Of a stretch of DNA of 64,000 nucleotides, positions 35,881-44,620 are shown in pieces (position 1 is the stretch's first letter; every line of letters starts with the position of its first letter). The stretch is from a virus (taxonomy: Duplodnaviria > Heunggongvirae > Uroviricota > Caudoviricetes): the IMG/VR virus record IMGVR_UViG_3300025597_000613, positions 23,495 to 87,494 of that record. One strand, 5' to 3'. The position numbers and the translations under genes were made by a program. A model generated the notes under the pieces. It had not been told where the DNA came from. It did no database searches and saw only the letters and a list, made by a program, of their open reading frames with translations.

Positions 35881-36842
35881 GCTTGTACGATTTCAATAAC
35901 ACGCGGTGCATGTACCTTCGGAAGATCTGCGCCACAGGATTTACGAGTCAGTTCCGGATGGTTCTTGGCGTAGTCTTGCACATACCAAAGCTGACCACAA
36001 CCACCACCAATATCATCCTGACCTGCAGGATCAAAGCAACGAGTAGAAAAACCACGCTCCAACATTAAACCCATGAAATCGGTGGCCAAAGCACGTTGGC
36101 GCTCATTTGCAGCAGCAACAGATTCATCCTGTTCGCAAACAACTGACACAGTGGATTGCCAAATCCTTGGATCAAACAGGCCAAACAGGCGATCAGCATC
36201 GGCAGCCGATGAATTATCGGCATGGGCGCAATAGTTAAAGAAAGGTTGGCGGCCGGTGGCCATAAACCACAGCATACCTTCTTCTGCAATTCTTTGCAGA
36301 TTGAGCTTGGCTTTGAAAGGGATCAATCTATCGCGTGCTTCGTCAGTGCTTTCATGTACGCTAAATTGCAGACCGACAGTGGGAATTTCCACAGAGATAT
36401 CCCTGACCCACTGATAATCCACATCGGGTGCGGAAGTGCTGATAAGCAATGCAGCAGTCGGATACAATGCATGCAGTTTTCTCAGCGCATCGGTAAGACC
36501 CTGTTTATTCAGCAAGGGCTCACCCATGGACATGAACATGATCTGAGTACGCTTCACCTTGGATTGATCGATATTCTGATCAGCAAACAGATGTTGCACC
36601 TGTGCAACAATTTCATCTCCCGTCAAACTACGGATAAAGAATTCACCAGTGCCGCAGAATCTGCATCCAACCGGGCAACCCGATTGAGTGCTGCAACAGA
36701 TGACCGTACGATCTTCGTAGGTTGGATACTTATACAACACCGCTTCTGCAACCGCGGCGCGTTCTTTCTCGTTGGTAAACACATACTTACGGACGTTTTG
36801 ATCCGAGCTTGGAATACAGCGAACACTTTCCCATTGATTCAT
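35877..36842 (-). CDS. RlmN/Cfr-family radical SAM RNA methyltransferase
   Basis: CPVGCRFC (Cx3Cx2C); MGEPLLN, ISTSAP and C-terminal GGGCGQL align with RlmN blocks (MGEPLLN, LSTSG, ACGQL catalytic Cys). Confidence 0.75.
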   Translation of the reverse strand: MNQWESVRCIPSSDQNVRKYVFTNEKERAAVAEAVLYKYPTYEDRTVICCSTQSGCPVGCRFCGTGEFFIRSLTGDEIVAQVQHLFADQNIDQSKVKRTQIMFMSMGEPLLNKQGLTDALRKLHALYPTAALLISTSAPDVDYQWVRDISVEIPTVGLQFSVHESTDEARDRLIPFKAKLNLQRIAEEGMLWFMATGRQPFFNYCAHADNSSAADADRLFGLFDPRIWQSTVSVVCEQDESVAAANERQRALATDFMGLMLERGFSTRCFDPAGQDDIGGGCGQLWYVQDYAKNHPELTRKSCGADLPKVHAPRVIEIVQA

Positions 36843-37351
36843 TTTTTGTCCTTGATATAGTCTGTTAGAATTTGGTTAACAAATTCATTCAGTGTTAGAT
36901 CTTCTTCATGCGCCATACACATCAATTGGTATTTGTCCTCTTCGGAGAGGTCAACCCTTACCAGCAATCTGGAATCGTATTCAATTCCGAGATAGATTGC
37001 ACGAGCCTTTTCAAGCATGTCATCGAGTTCTTCAATATCAATGAATTGATTATCATCAATGGATTGATAAAAATCGACACGTCGACGTTTAGCTTCCGCA
37101 AATGCAGATTCGATATAACCAGGATGGATCCAGCGATATTCTCGGAAGGATTTTCTTTCCCACGCCTGAATTTCAAATACCTGCTGGGTGTTACGATCGA
37201 AGACACAACTTACAGTAACTTCGTTATCTTTGCTTACCATTCTGGAATGGGAAATTGCCTGTGCGTTTCCACCGTAGCAATTCCATTGGAATTCATAGCC
37301 ATCAACTACATTGTAATTGATAATTTTCAAAAAATCATCGAGATTTATCAT
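36839..37351 (-). CDS. two-domain protein, paralog B (homolog of 35123..35641) with C-terminal RHH
   Basis: same conserved blocks (WNCYG, EIQAWE, EYRWIHPGYI, EKARAIYLGIEYD) and RHH-like C-terminus. Confidence 0.55.
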   Translation of the reverse strand: MINLDDFLKIINYNVVDGYEFQWNCYGGNAQAISHSRMVSKDNEVTVSCVFDRNTQQVFEIQAWERKSFREYRWIHPGYIESAFAEAKRRRVDFYQSIDDNQFIDIEELDDMLEKARAIYLGIEYDSRLLVRVDLSEEDKYQLMCMAHEEDLTLNEFVNQILTDYIKDKK

Positions 37352-37620
37352 TTGGATCCAGTTAAACGTTGGACGATTAATTTCTGTTCATGCTCTGCCA
37401 TGAGAGCGGTCAATGTAATTTTAGCAGGATCCTGTGATTCGGCAAATGTTACCAGCTCACAATCTTGATAACAAGACAGTGATTTTGAATAAGTTGTAAT
37501 CAATGAAAAATGTGCCTTCAATGAAGGTAGAGTCCAAACCTTACCCGTCTTAAGCCATTTAGGCGGATGACCGCCACTGGAATATTTGCCATCCTTATTT
37601 CTAATTTTGTAAAGTATCAT
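37348..37620 (-). CDS. hypothetical protein (90 aa)
   Basis: minus-strand ORF, 4-nt overlap. Confidence 0.4.
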   Translation of the reverse strand: MILYKIRNKDGKYSSGGHPPKWLKTGKVWTLPSLKAHFSLITTYSKSLSCYQDCELVTFAESQDPAKITLTALMAEHEQKLIVQRLTGSK

Positions 37621-37829
37621 TTTACACCATATTTTAGGATTAGCATATTCATCTCAGTGTCATCTAATTTACATAGCCTGCAGACTTCCTTCAATGTGAT
37701 TTGGTCACCGGCTATGTACCATCTACCTAGGTAGATGTATGGATGAAAATCATCGCCGGTCTGTGCTTCGTGGGTATACTCCTCAAAGAGAAGAATTTTT
37801 CTTCCAACTACACTTTCTCGAGTAACCAT
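37617..37829 (-). CDS. hypothetical protein (70 aa)
   Basis: minus-strand ORF, 4-nt overlap. Confidence 0.4.
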   Translation of the reverse strand: MVTRESVVGRKILLFEEYTHEAQTGDDFHPYIYLGRWYIAGDQITLKEVCRLCKLDDTEMNMLILKYGVK

Positions 37830-38599
37830 TACAGTTCCAATATTAGATTCTTATCAAAATTTGGATTCAATTCATCAGGATAATATCCAAAGGGATTACA
37901 TACCACCCTGATATCATTAATCATGTAATCAAGGCTGCGATGTGTATGTCCATGCAGCCACAATTTTACATTTCCATGATAGGCAATTTGTTCTTCGATG
38001 CTTGCATGGTATAAATGATCACTATAGGTATCACGTCCGTTGAGCTTTAATCCATTGCCCGGACTGTGGTGCGTGATAACAACGGTGGGACCATCGAAGG
38101 GTTTTTCAATTTCCTTCAGATAAAAATCCATGAATTCATCGTGTTGCTTAAGGATGAAGGCAGGTGTAATTCTACGATAATTTTCATCGTAGATAACTTG
38201 ATAATCGGACATTTTTCGATGTGCGTATGCCATAATCAGTGGATCACCATCGTCGAAACTAGTCCACATGGTTCCACCGATAAATCTAACTCCATCGATC
38301 CACCTTACATCATTATGAAGAAAGTGAAAATTCTTAGGGCCCGATTCTTCGTAGATTTTCCATTCCTCAATGACTTTATCAAATCTGTGCTCATAGAATT
38401 CATGATTGCCACAGATACGAAGAACATATTTGAAATGTTCAGACAATTCTGTCATGAATGGTTGCGAATATGCACCAATATCAATATCGCCGGCAAGGAT
38501 AAGGATAGTCTCCTTATCCTGATCTGATTTTTCCCAGAGGTGTTCCCAGCGGCGACCGCTGAACTCGAGGTGAAGGTCGGAAAGTAATCTAATCTTCAT
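37829..38599 (-). CDS. calcineurin-like metallophosphoesterase (phage Ser/Thr-phosphatase-like)
   Basis: DLHLE, ILAGDIDIG (GDxxDxG), CGNHEFY (GNHE), HGHTH; start set at ATG 38599 (MKIRLLSD) to clear the HNH gene. Confidence 0.7.
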   Translation of the reverse strand: MKIRLLSDLHLEFSGRRWEHLWEKSDQDKETILILAGDIDIGAYSQPFMTELSEHFKYVLRICGNHEFYEHRFDKVIEEWKIYEESGPKNFHFLHNDVRWIDGVRFIGGTMWTSFDDGDPLIMAYAHRKMSDYQVIYDENYRRITPAFILKQHDEFMDFYLKEIEKPFDGPTVVITHHSPGNGLKLNGRDTYSDHLYHASIEEQIAYHGNVKLWLHGHTHRSLDYMINDIRVVCNPFGYYPDELNPNFDKNLILEL

Positions 38600-38608
38600 A
38601 AATATGCC

Positions 38609-39268
38609 ATGGATTATCAAAAACATTATACACGGCTTATCGAACGTGCGCAAGATAGAATCTTACCGGACTACTCTGAAAAACATCATATATTGCCAAG
38701 ATGCCTCGGTGGTTCAAATTCTAAATCAAATATTGTAAAATTAACACCCGAGGAACACTATGTTGCCCATCAGTTATTATCTAAGATACATCCAGAAAAT
38801 CATTCGCTGAAAAAAGCTGCATGGATGATGACAGTAAGATCAGCAAATCAGCAAAGAAATAATAAAGCCTACGGATGGATTAAAAGAAATGCTCGCCCGA
38901 TGGGCATCACCAATGGTATGTTTGGGAAGACACATTCGGATGAGATAAAAACCAAACTTGCAGAATTAGCCAAACACAGATTTTCAGGTAAGACCTATGA
39001 GGAATTATACGGAAAAGAAAAATCTGATAAATTAAAATTCCAGAGATCAATCAAAGCAAAAGAATTGAGGGCAAAACATCCGACTGTGGGAAAACTCAAC
39101 CCGAATGCTAAATCTTATAAATTTACCAATCCCGAAGGGAATGAATTTTATGTATCTGGAAATTTGAAAGAATTCTGTAAGACAAATAGTCTATGGATTG
39201 AGAAAATTATAGATGTTGCAAAAGGACGAATACCAGAATATAGAGGTTGGAAAATTATCTATGTGTAA
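38609..39268 (+). CDS. HNH homing endonuclease (freestanding, plus strand)
   Basis: N-terminal HHILPRCLGGSNSKSNIVKLTPEEHYVAH is an HNH_3-type motif; opposite strand to neighbours, inserted between two minus-strand genes. Confidence 0.75.
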   Translation: MDYQKHYTRLIERAQDRILPDYSEKHHILPRCLGGSNSKSNIVKLTPEEHYVAHQLLSKIHPENHSLKKAAWMMTVRSANQQRNNKAYGWIKRNARPMGITNGMFGKTHSDEIKTKLAELAKHRFSGKTYEELYGKEKSDKLKFQRSIKAKELRAKHPTVGKLNPNAKSYKFTNPEGNEFYVSGNLKEFCKTNSLWIEKIIDVAKGRIPEYRGWKIIYV

Positions 39269-39522
39269 TCTCCTTCAGTTCTGGCAAATCTCTCAATATC
39301 AAATTCACTTTCGGTCCAACCATATTTCCGGTATGCCTTATTCCATGCGTCCTTAATCATTTCTTTAATTACATCTAATTCGGCCTTACTGGCGGTCTTA
39401 TAACGCTTTGCATGCTTCCTCATTAACCGACGAGCCTCTTGCGCCTCCTCACTGGTATCCAAATCCTCGAATGTTTTCCTTCCTAATTTTCTAAAACATT
39501 CATCTTCGTCATTTTCACTCAT
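39259..39522 (-). CDS. small protein, DTF-motif family member (variant)
   Basis: DEDECFRKLGRKTFEDL...YRKYGWTESEFD. Confidence 0.4.
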   Translation of the reverse strand: MSENDEDECFRKLGRKTFEDLDTSEEAQEARRLMRKHAKRYKTASKAELDVIKEMIKDAWNKAYRKYGWTESEFDIERFARTEGDYT

Positions 39523-40378
39523 TGCTTTCTTCTGTTTCCAAAATTCTCTTCATGACCCCGGTGAATCTCTTCGAAGTCTTAGTCTTTCCAGTTAACATAT
39601 CAGCGGTAAGGTCAAGTTTGATTGCTTCCCTCACCTCATCACTGAAGTCCCAATCCTTTAATTCCTTGAAAGATTTCTTTAGTTGCTCTACCAAAAGAAC
39701 CCACTGCTTTGTCGTTAACTTTGAGTCAGCCATAATATTAGCATCAAGTTTTTTTACCAGCAATGGATATCTGTACATTACTCGGCGAACCTCGGTTTGA
39801 TTGACAAGTGTCTTTGTATTTGCGAGGAAGATGTCACCGAATTTTTCATCGTATCTGATCATGTTTATCCAAAATGTATCATTTGTACAATAATTAGAAA
39901 AATCTTTGATGTAGATATCAACAAATTTTGGATGTCTAGCCGAAAGCGTATATAGCTTATCAGAAGTCAATTGCGGAACTTCTTTAACATTTTCAACATA
40001 CCATTCCGGTGCTTCAACAAACCAAGTTGCTTGTTCTGTTTTAGATAATTTTAGGAATCTTTCTTTACGAACATATTTTTTGAAATCTATTTTTAATAGT
40101 CGTGAATAGATATCATTCTTCAATGATTCTATTTCATTCTCTTCTATTACCACTTTAGTGTGGATAGTTCTAAGCTTATTGGTAGCCAAAATTTCAACCT
40201 TCAATGCGGCATCGGCATTTTCTATATCTAATAGTTTAAAGAAAGTCTTTACATTTATTTTCAGTAATTCTACTTTTTCGTAATACGAAAGTTTTGTAAA
40301 ATCAAGTAGTTCTGGATGTTGATCTATAATTTTAGAAACATCTATAATTCTACTAAGAATGGTATGAGGTATATGCAT
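39515..40378 (-). CDS. hypothetical protein (287 aa)
   Basis: long minus-strand ORF; no motif. Confidence 0.45.
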   Translation of the reverse strand: MHIPHTILSRIIDVSKIIDQHPELLDFTKLSYYEKVELLKINVKTFFKLLDIENADAALKVEILATNKLRTIHTKVVIEENEIESLKNDIYSRLLKIDFKKYVRKERFLKLSKTEQATWFVEAPEWYVENVKEVPQLTSDKLYTLSARHPKFVDIYIKDFSNYCTNDTFWINMIRYDEKFGDIFLANTKTLVNQTEVRRVMYRYPLLVKKLDANIMADSKLTTKQWVLLVEQLKKSFKELKDWDFSDEVREAIKLDLTADMLTGKTKTSKRFTGVMKRILETEESNE

Positions 40379-40865
40379 TTTTATTTTCTACCTTTATGAT
40401 TCCACGTCTAATACGACGCGCAATTTCGCGTTTATATTCTTTGGGTTTATACTTTATTCCGTCGAGCCAATATTGCTTTGGTCCACCATATTCAATCACA
40501 GCAGGACCATCTTCTCGGTGCAGATTTCCGTGTCTGTACCAGAACATGCTATTTTTATGAATACGTGCAGGTCCAAATTCACAATGTAATTTTCCATTAA
40601 GGTACCATTCGGTAATATCATACTTGGGTATTCTAACAGCGGGGCCATATTTTCTATGATATTGCCCGAGATGATTTCTATAACAGAAACCTATATCACT
40701 AACAAGCCAGTCGTGTCCACGATATCTTATCCAGCTCTGATTACCACCATAACCCCCATAGGGAAAATTATAGAAGGCAGTTTTCTTGCTTTGATAATAG
40801 GTAGGAAGTTCCTCTCTAGTGAGGACTAGCTCTTCATACAGGATATCTTCGGCTGTAGGTTCCAT
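40353..40865 (-). CDS. MORN-like repeat protein
   Basis: three ~23-aa repeats (EWYLNGKLHCEFGPARI / FWYRHGNLHREDGPAVI / YWLDGIKY) of the W-Y-x-N-G-x-L-H-R-x-D-G-P-A type. Confidence 0.5.
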   Translation of the reverse strand: MEPTAEDILYEELVLTREELPTYYQSKKTAFYNFPYGGYGGNQSWIRYRGHDWLVSDIGFCYRNHLGQYHRKYGPAVRIPKYDITEWYLNGKLHCEFGPARIHKNSMFWYRHGNLHREDGPAVIEYGGPKQYWLDGIKYKPKEYKREIARRIRRGIIKVENKNAYTSYHS

Positions 40866-40888
40866 GCTACATTATAGCATGTTATGCC

Positions 40889-41254
40889 TCAATGTTCAAT
40901 ATTGTAACAGGTTTCTAGGAAACCTTCGATTCCACCATGCAATTTTATCATCATTGCATCCATTTCCGAAAATAAAATCAATCTTTTCTTTGTGAAGAAA
41001 TAGGGATAGGTCATTTGCGACATACCCATTTGGTGCCTTGTTTTTATTGTTTCCGGAATCTCAAAGCTGTATGCTGTGAAAATATTTTTCAGGATAAGAA
41101 AGCCGGAATATGATAAGCGAATTTTGTCAGGTAACTGGAACATTAGCTTATTCAAGTCTTCGTCACTCAACTTGCCGGCTTCGGCATGTTGGACTCTAAC
41201 CTCCGAAAATATAGCTTTCTTTAATGCGTCCATGTCATTATTTATAAGAGCCAT
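40889..41254 (-). CDS. hypothetical protein
   Basis: start trimmed to internal ATG. Confidence 0.35.
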   Translation of the reverse strand: MALINNDMDALKKAIFSEVRVQHAEAGKLSDEDLNKLMFQLPDKIRLSYSGFLILKNIFTAYSFEIPETIKTRHQMGMSQMTYPYFFTKKRLILFSEMDAMMIKLHGGIEGFLETCYNIEH

Positions 41255-41466
41255 CTTGCGATGCCCACGACATTGATAACGATAAAGAACAACATCTGCC
41301 ATTTTAGAACTTTCGAGGCATTGGATTGATTTAGAAGGTACACACCGGCTATATTAGAAAACAAAAATGGAATATACGCCCATCCACTAATGGCAACATT
41401 CATTGCTAATAATGATGCTCCGATGATAGCTCCCCAAAGTGAGACCTGCTCTAAGATAGTTTTCAT
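41242..41466 (-). CDS. small membrane protein (74 aa from internal ATG)
   Basis: two TM helices; longer version would overlap the plus-strand HExxH ORF. Confidence 0.35.
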   Translation of the reverse strand: MKTILEQVSLWGAIIGASLLAMNVAISGWAYIPFLFSNIAGVYLLNQSNASKVLKWQMLFFIVINVVGIARWLL

Positions 41467-41487
41467 TATTAGGCGATAAATAGTCGT

Positions 41488-41859
41488 ATGCGTGTAAAAG
41501 ATTTTCTTCTTGAGACAATGATAACACATCTTCTCGAATTGTGCAAGCAAGAGCTTGAATTAGAAGATGTACCGCCCATTGAAATTATCTCTGATAGGGA
41601 TACCATAGACGGGCAATCTTCCTTTGGCATTTTCGATGGTAGCATTAAGGTAATTTCTAAGAATAGACATCCAATGGATGTTATGAGAACACTTGCTCAC
41701 GAATTGGTTCATTGGAAACAAAGAATGCAGGGAGAACCCATGAGTGGTGAAGATGGAAGTCCCACTGAAAACGCTGCAAATGCAATAGCGGGAATTATTC
41801 TAAGACGCTTTGGTAAAATGTATCCAGAATATTTTATCAATTCCCTACCTGAACGTTAA
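41488..41859 (+). CDS. small HExxH zinc-metallopeptidase-like protein (plus strand)
   Basis: LAHELVHWKQ contains HExxH; protein-like composition; opposite strand to neighbours. Confidence 0.4.
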   Translation: MRVKDFLLETMITHLLELCKQELELEDVPPIEIISDRDTIDGQSSFGIFDGSIKVISKNRHPMDVMRTLAHELVHWKQRMQGEPMSGEDGSPTENAANAIAGIILRRFGKMYPEYFINSLPER

Positions 41860-42169
41860 AGCAAAGTCTAAAAGACATTTCTTCAATCGACTTAGGAACA
41901 AAAAGAATACTAAGTTGCCCCATTTCTTCATCTAGATATCCACCGAAGGGAATTTTTAATTCCTGCAGCCAGGCTGCCATTGTTGGATAACGTTTTCTTA
42001 TAAATTTTTCAGCAAGTCTATGATGAATATCAGAAGTACGAACCTCAAATAAAGAGTACTCTTGAATTTGCCTTCTGTATTCCTGAATTTCGTTGATGTG
42101 ACAATAACCGAGAATGTAGGTAGCTAACCATTCATTCTCGTATCTTTTGATTCCATCGTAAATAATCAT
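41837..42169 (-). CDS. hypothetical protein (110 aa)
   Basis: minus-strand ORF. Confidence 0.4.
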   Translation of the reverse strand: MIIYDGIKRYENEWLATYILGYCHINEIQEYRRQIQEYSLFEVRTSDIHHRLAEKFIRKRYPTMAAWLQELKIPFGGYLDEEMGQLSILFVPKSIEEMSFRLCFNVQVGN

Positions 42170-42200
42170 CTAACAAGTTTACGAGAAACTTGTTGAAATA

Positions 42201-42533
42201 TCAATCTTCTCCCTCGGCGCAAGGTGTACCGGTTGTGAGCTTGTAGACAGTAAATTCTGTTGTTTTGAAAAGTTTATTCAACCTTTCGGCCAAGTTGAAA
42301 GCATGACCTGAATTTGAAAAGCTTACCTTTTTGTACTTAGGGCCAGGATAAGAAACAAGGTGACTCAGAGTTCTAAGATTTATGGGTTTCCCTTGATAGA
42401 AAACTGCATAGATTGCATCAGCATCTAGAACCTGTTCGGCCTTATAATTCTTGGGATTGACATGTTCCAAAATGATGGTGGGTTTTGGGCGTGCCATTTC
42501 TTTTCCTCCAATAAATGCATACATATTTATCAA
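42201..42533 (-). CDS. hypothetical protein (110 aa)
   Basis: minus-strand ORF. Confidence 0.4.
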   Translation of the reverse strand: MINMYAFIGGKEMARPKPTIILEHVNPKNYKAEQVLDADAIYAVFYQGKPINLRTLSHLVSYPGPKYKKVSFSNSGHAFNLAERLNKLFKTTEFTVYKLTTGTPCAEGED

Positions 42534-42554
42534 AAACAGGTATTTTATTGGATG

Positions 42555-42578
42555 AAAAAAGGGGACCGAAGTCCCCTT
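42555..42578 (-). terminator. rho-independent terminator AAGGGGAC-CGAA-GTCCCCTT followed by T-run on minus strand
   Basis: perfect 8-bp stem, TTTTTTCATCC after the stem on the transcribed strand. Confidence 0.5.
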
Positions 42579-42777
42579 ATAAAGCGCCGCCGTCCATTAT
42601 TATTTGAGTTTTAGACGTGGTTTCATTGAGCACCGTTTCTTCCGGCTTTTCTAATGTTCTTTTTAGATTATCTATTTCAGATAATAGTTGCTTTGCTTCA
42701 ACAACGGTCATACGATATTCTGTAGCGTTCTTATGAATATTGCCGAGCCTCTTTCTTAGTTTTTCAATCTCATACAT
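42577..42777 (-). CDS. hypothetical coiled-coil small protein (66 aa)
   Basis: minus-strand ORF. Confidence 0.4.
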   Translation of the reverse strand: MYEIEKLRKRLGNIHKNATEYRMTVVEAKQLLSEIDNLKRTLEKPEETVLNETTSKTQIIMDGGAL

Positions 42778-43108
42778 ATTTCAATTTGACAATGACGAAA
42801 AGTTTTTCAATTTCTTCGTATACATTAGGATGCAATTCAATAAAAGCATCTTCGGTGATAAATTTCCAGCCCTCGCTTATCTTTATGGTTTTATAAGTTT
42901 TCAACCAATCGCTATTGAAATTTCCAATTCTGCCGAGAGCACTTATATTCAATTCGCCACCAATTTCTCCCGATATTTCAAAACATTGGAGATCAACATC
43001 TTCTAGGATTGTCCCGGTGGTTCCCGTAGGCCTAACCAAGATCTTAATTGCCGACCCCTCTGCGAGATTAGGATAGCAAGCGATGTATCGAATTTTAGTA
43101 TAGTTCAC
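42770..43108 (-). CDS. hypothetical protein (112 aa)
   Basis: minus-strand ORF. Confidence 0.4.
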   Translation of the reverse strand: MNYTKIRYIACYPNLAEGSAIKILVRPTGTTGTILEDVDLQCFEISGEIGGELNISALGRIGNFNSDWLKTYKTIKISEGWKFITEDAFIELHPNVYEEIEKLFVIVKLKYV

Positions 43109-43424
43109 CCTTCAATACCTTATCTAAAATAAACATCTCGATATCGTTCACAGCTTCTGGAAAATATTTTTCAATGGCACCCGGAGATATTGGCTTATAA
43201 CCATCGTCCATCTTTCTTCTTTTCTGCATATATAACTGAGAATCTAATCTTCCGGTTGTTGAAAGAAATTTTGTGGCAGAATTTTCCGATCCCCAGACAA
43301 TATACTTGGCATTATAGGCATATACCGGGCCTGCGACTGTATATTGAGTTTTGACAAATGCCCAGAAATGTCTGGTACCAGACATGTCCTTCTTCATTCC
43401 AAAAAAGTCAATACGCAGACTCAT
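43095..43424 (-). CDS. hypothetical protein (109 aa)
   Basis: minus-strand ORF. Confidence 0.4.
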   Translation of the reverse strand: MSLRIDFFGMKKDMSGTRHFWAFVKTQYTVAGPVYAYNAKYIVWGSENSATKFLSTTGRLDSQLYMQKRRKMDDGYKPISPGAIEKYFPEAVNDIEMFILDKVLKGELY

Positions 43425-43752
43425 TTTTCAATTTTAGAATTACGGCCTGTTGTTCGATGCATTCGAGAATTTTATTTTCCATTTCCGGCATAGGAATCGA
43501 GGGCTTATATTCATACACGCGAGCGCGTCTCTTATGAACAAATCGATTATTATACATTCCCTTTTTTATATTAAATGTTCCCGAATGAATATTTCCTGTT
43601 TTACCCCAAAAGATATAAATTTCGGGACCAGTGGTTTGATAGCAATAACCCAAACCATAATTTACGAATTCTTGAATTCCGGTGCAATTTTCTTCAGTGC
43701 AGGCATAGCCCCAAAAACGGTCGTGTTTTACACCCAGATAATGAATAATCAT
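43408..43752 (-). CDS. hypothetical protein (114 aa)
   Basis: minus-strand ORF. Confidence 0.4.
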   Translation of the reverse strand: MIIHYLGVKHDRFWGYACTEENCTGIQEFVNYGLGYCYQTTGPEIYIFWGKTGNIHSGTFNIKKGMYNNRFVHKRRARVYEYKPSIPMPEMENKILECIEQQAVILKLKNESAY

Positions 43753-44246
43753 TTATTAGAATTTTTTTCTTTTCGGAGATTTGTGAGCCGTGATCTCATT
43801 TCAAGTTCAGTCTTAAATGGCCCAGCAAATTCGTAGGTTTCGAGTGTGGATAATTTCGGGCAATATGCCGGCATCCAATTCTTGGGGAAATGCAAGCAAT
43901 AATATCCTGCACTGTAATAGACTTCGCTGGTTGCTTTCTTACTGAACAAAGGCAATCTATTTCCGGCAATAATTACTTCATGTGGATTATCAAAGTCTAC
44001 CGGATATCCGTTAATGAAATAGTCCCTCTTTACATCAACCGGTTCCTCAACTGTAACCACATTTTGAAATACATCTTCATTAAAATACGTGTTTACTTCT
44101 TTTCGGTTTAGGAATTGCTTCTTGGCACCCGATACCATAAGCACATATCTATTTTGAATTTCGGTTAACAGCCCGATTCGAATATCTTCGGTATCTCCAA
44201 GCACGAGCCAACTTTTTTCTGTAATAGGTTTTAATTTCACTGACAT
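43749..44246 (-). CDS. hypothetical protein
   Basis: start trimmed to internal ATG. Confidence 0.4.
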   Translation of the reverse strand: MSVKLKPITEKSWLVLGDTEDIRIGLLTEIQNRYVLMVSGAKKQFLNRKEVNTYFNEDVFQNVVTVEEPVDVKRDYFINGYPVDFDNPHEVIIAGNRLPLFSKKATSEVYYSAGYYCLHFPKNWMPAYCPKLSTLETYEFAGPFKTELEMRSRLTNLRKEKNSNK

Positions 44247-44248
44247 TA

Positions 44249-44440
44249 TTATATTTCTACCTTCATGAAACAAGCACGATCTCTAGAGCTATATACTCCA
44301 TTCAGAGATTCGCACTTAACTTGTTCTTCTTTCAACGTATCTGCATATGGGCCCACTACTTCAAAAACAAAGTAAAGGAAACCAGTAAATAGCAGTGGAA
44401 AGACAATAGGTGCAAACATTTCCTCGAAGAATTCGAGCAT
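44249..44440 (-). CDS. small membrane protein (63 aa)
   Basis: one TM helix. Confidence 0.35.
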   Translation of the reverse strand: MLEFFEEMFAPIVFPLLFTGFLYFVFEVVGPYADTLKEEQVKCESLNGVYSSRDRACFMKVEI

Positions 44441-44619
44441 TATTTCACCTCAATAACTGCATCTCGCTTTAGGCAGACAAACTCATGCTTCAATTGCAGC
44501 AATATTCCACCTGCTTGTTCACATTTTTCGCGATTAAATGTATATCGTTCGGCTGAAAAATAAAGAAGAATTCCCACAAAAACGAGAAAGACGAGCACGC
44601 CAGCAATAAAATATTTCAT
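44440..44619 (-). CDS. small membrane protein (59 aa, below ORF-track cutoff)
   Basis: hand-translated MKYFIAGVLVFLVFVGILLYFSAERYTFNREKCEQAGGILLQLKHEFVCLKRDAVIEVK; stop overlaps next start (TAATG). Confidence 0.25.
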   Translation of the reverse strand: MKYFIAGVLVFLVFVGILLYFSAERYTFNREKCEQAGGILLQLKHEFVCLKRDAVIEVK

Positions 44620-44620
44620 A

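Noticed and set aside
35721-37468. Plus-strand ORFs 35721..36068, 36222..36860, 36908..37468
   Set aside because: Antisense to the radical SAM gene and RHH paralogs; no motifs.
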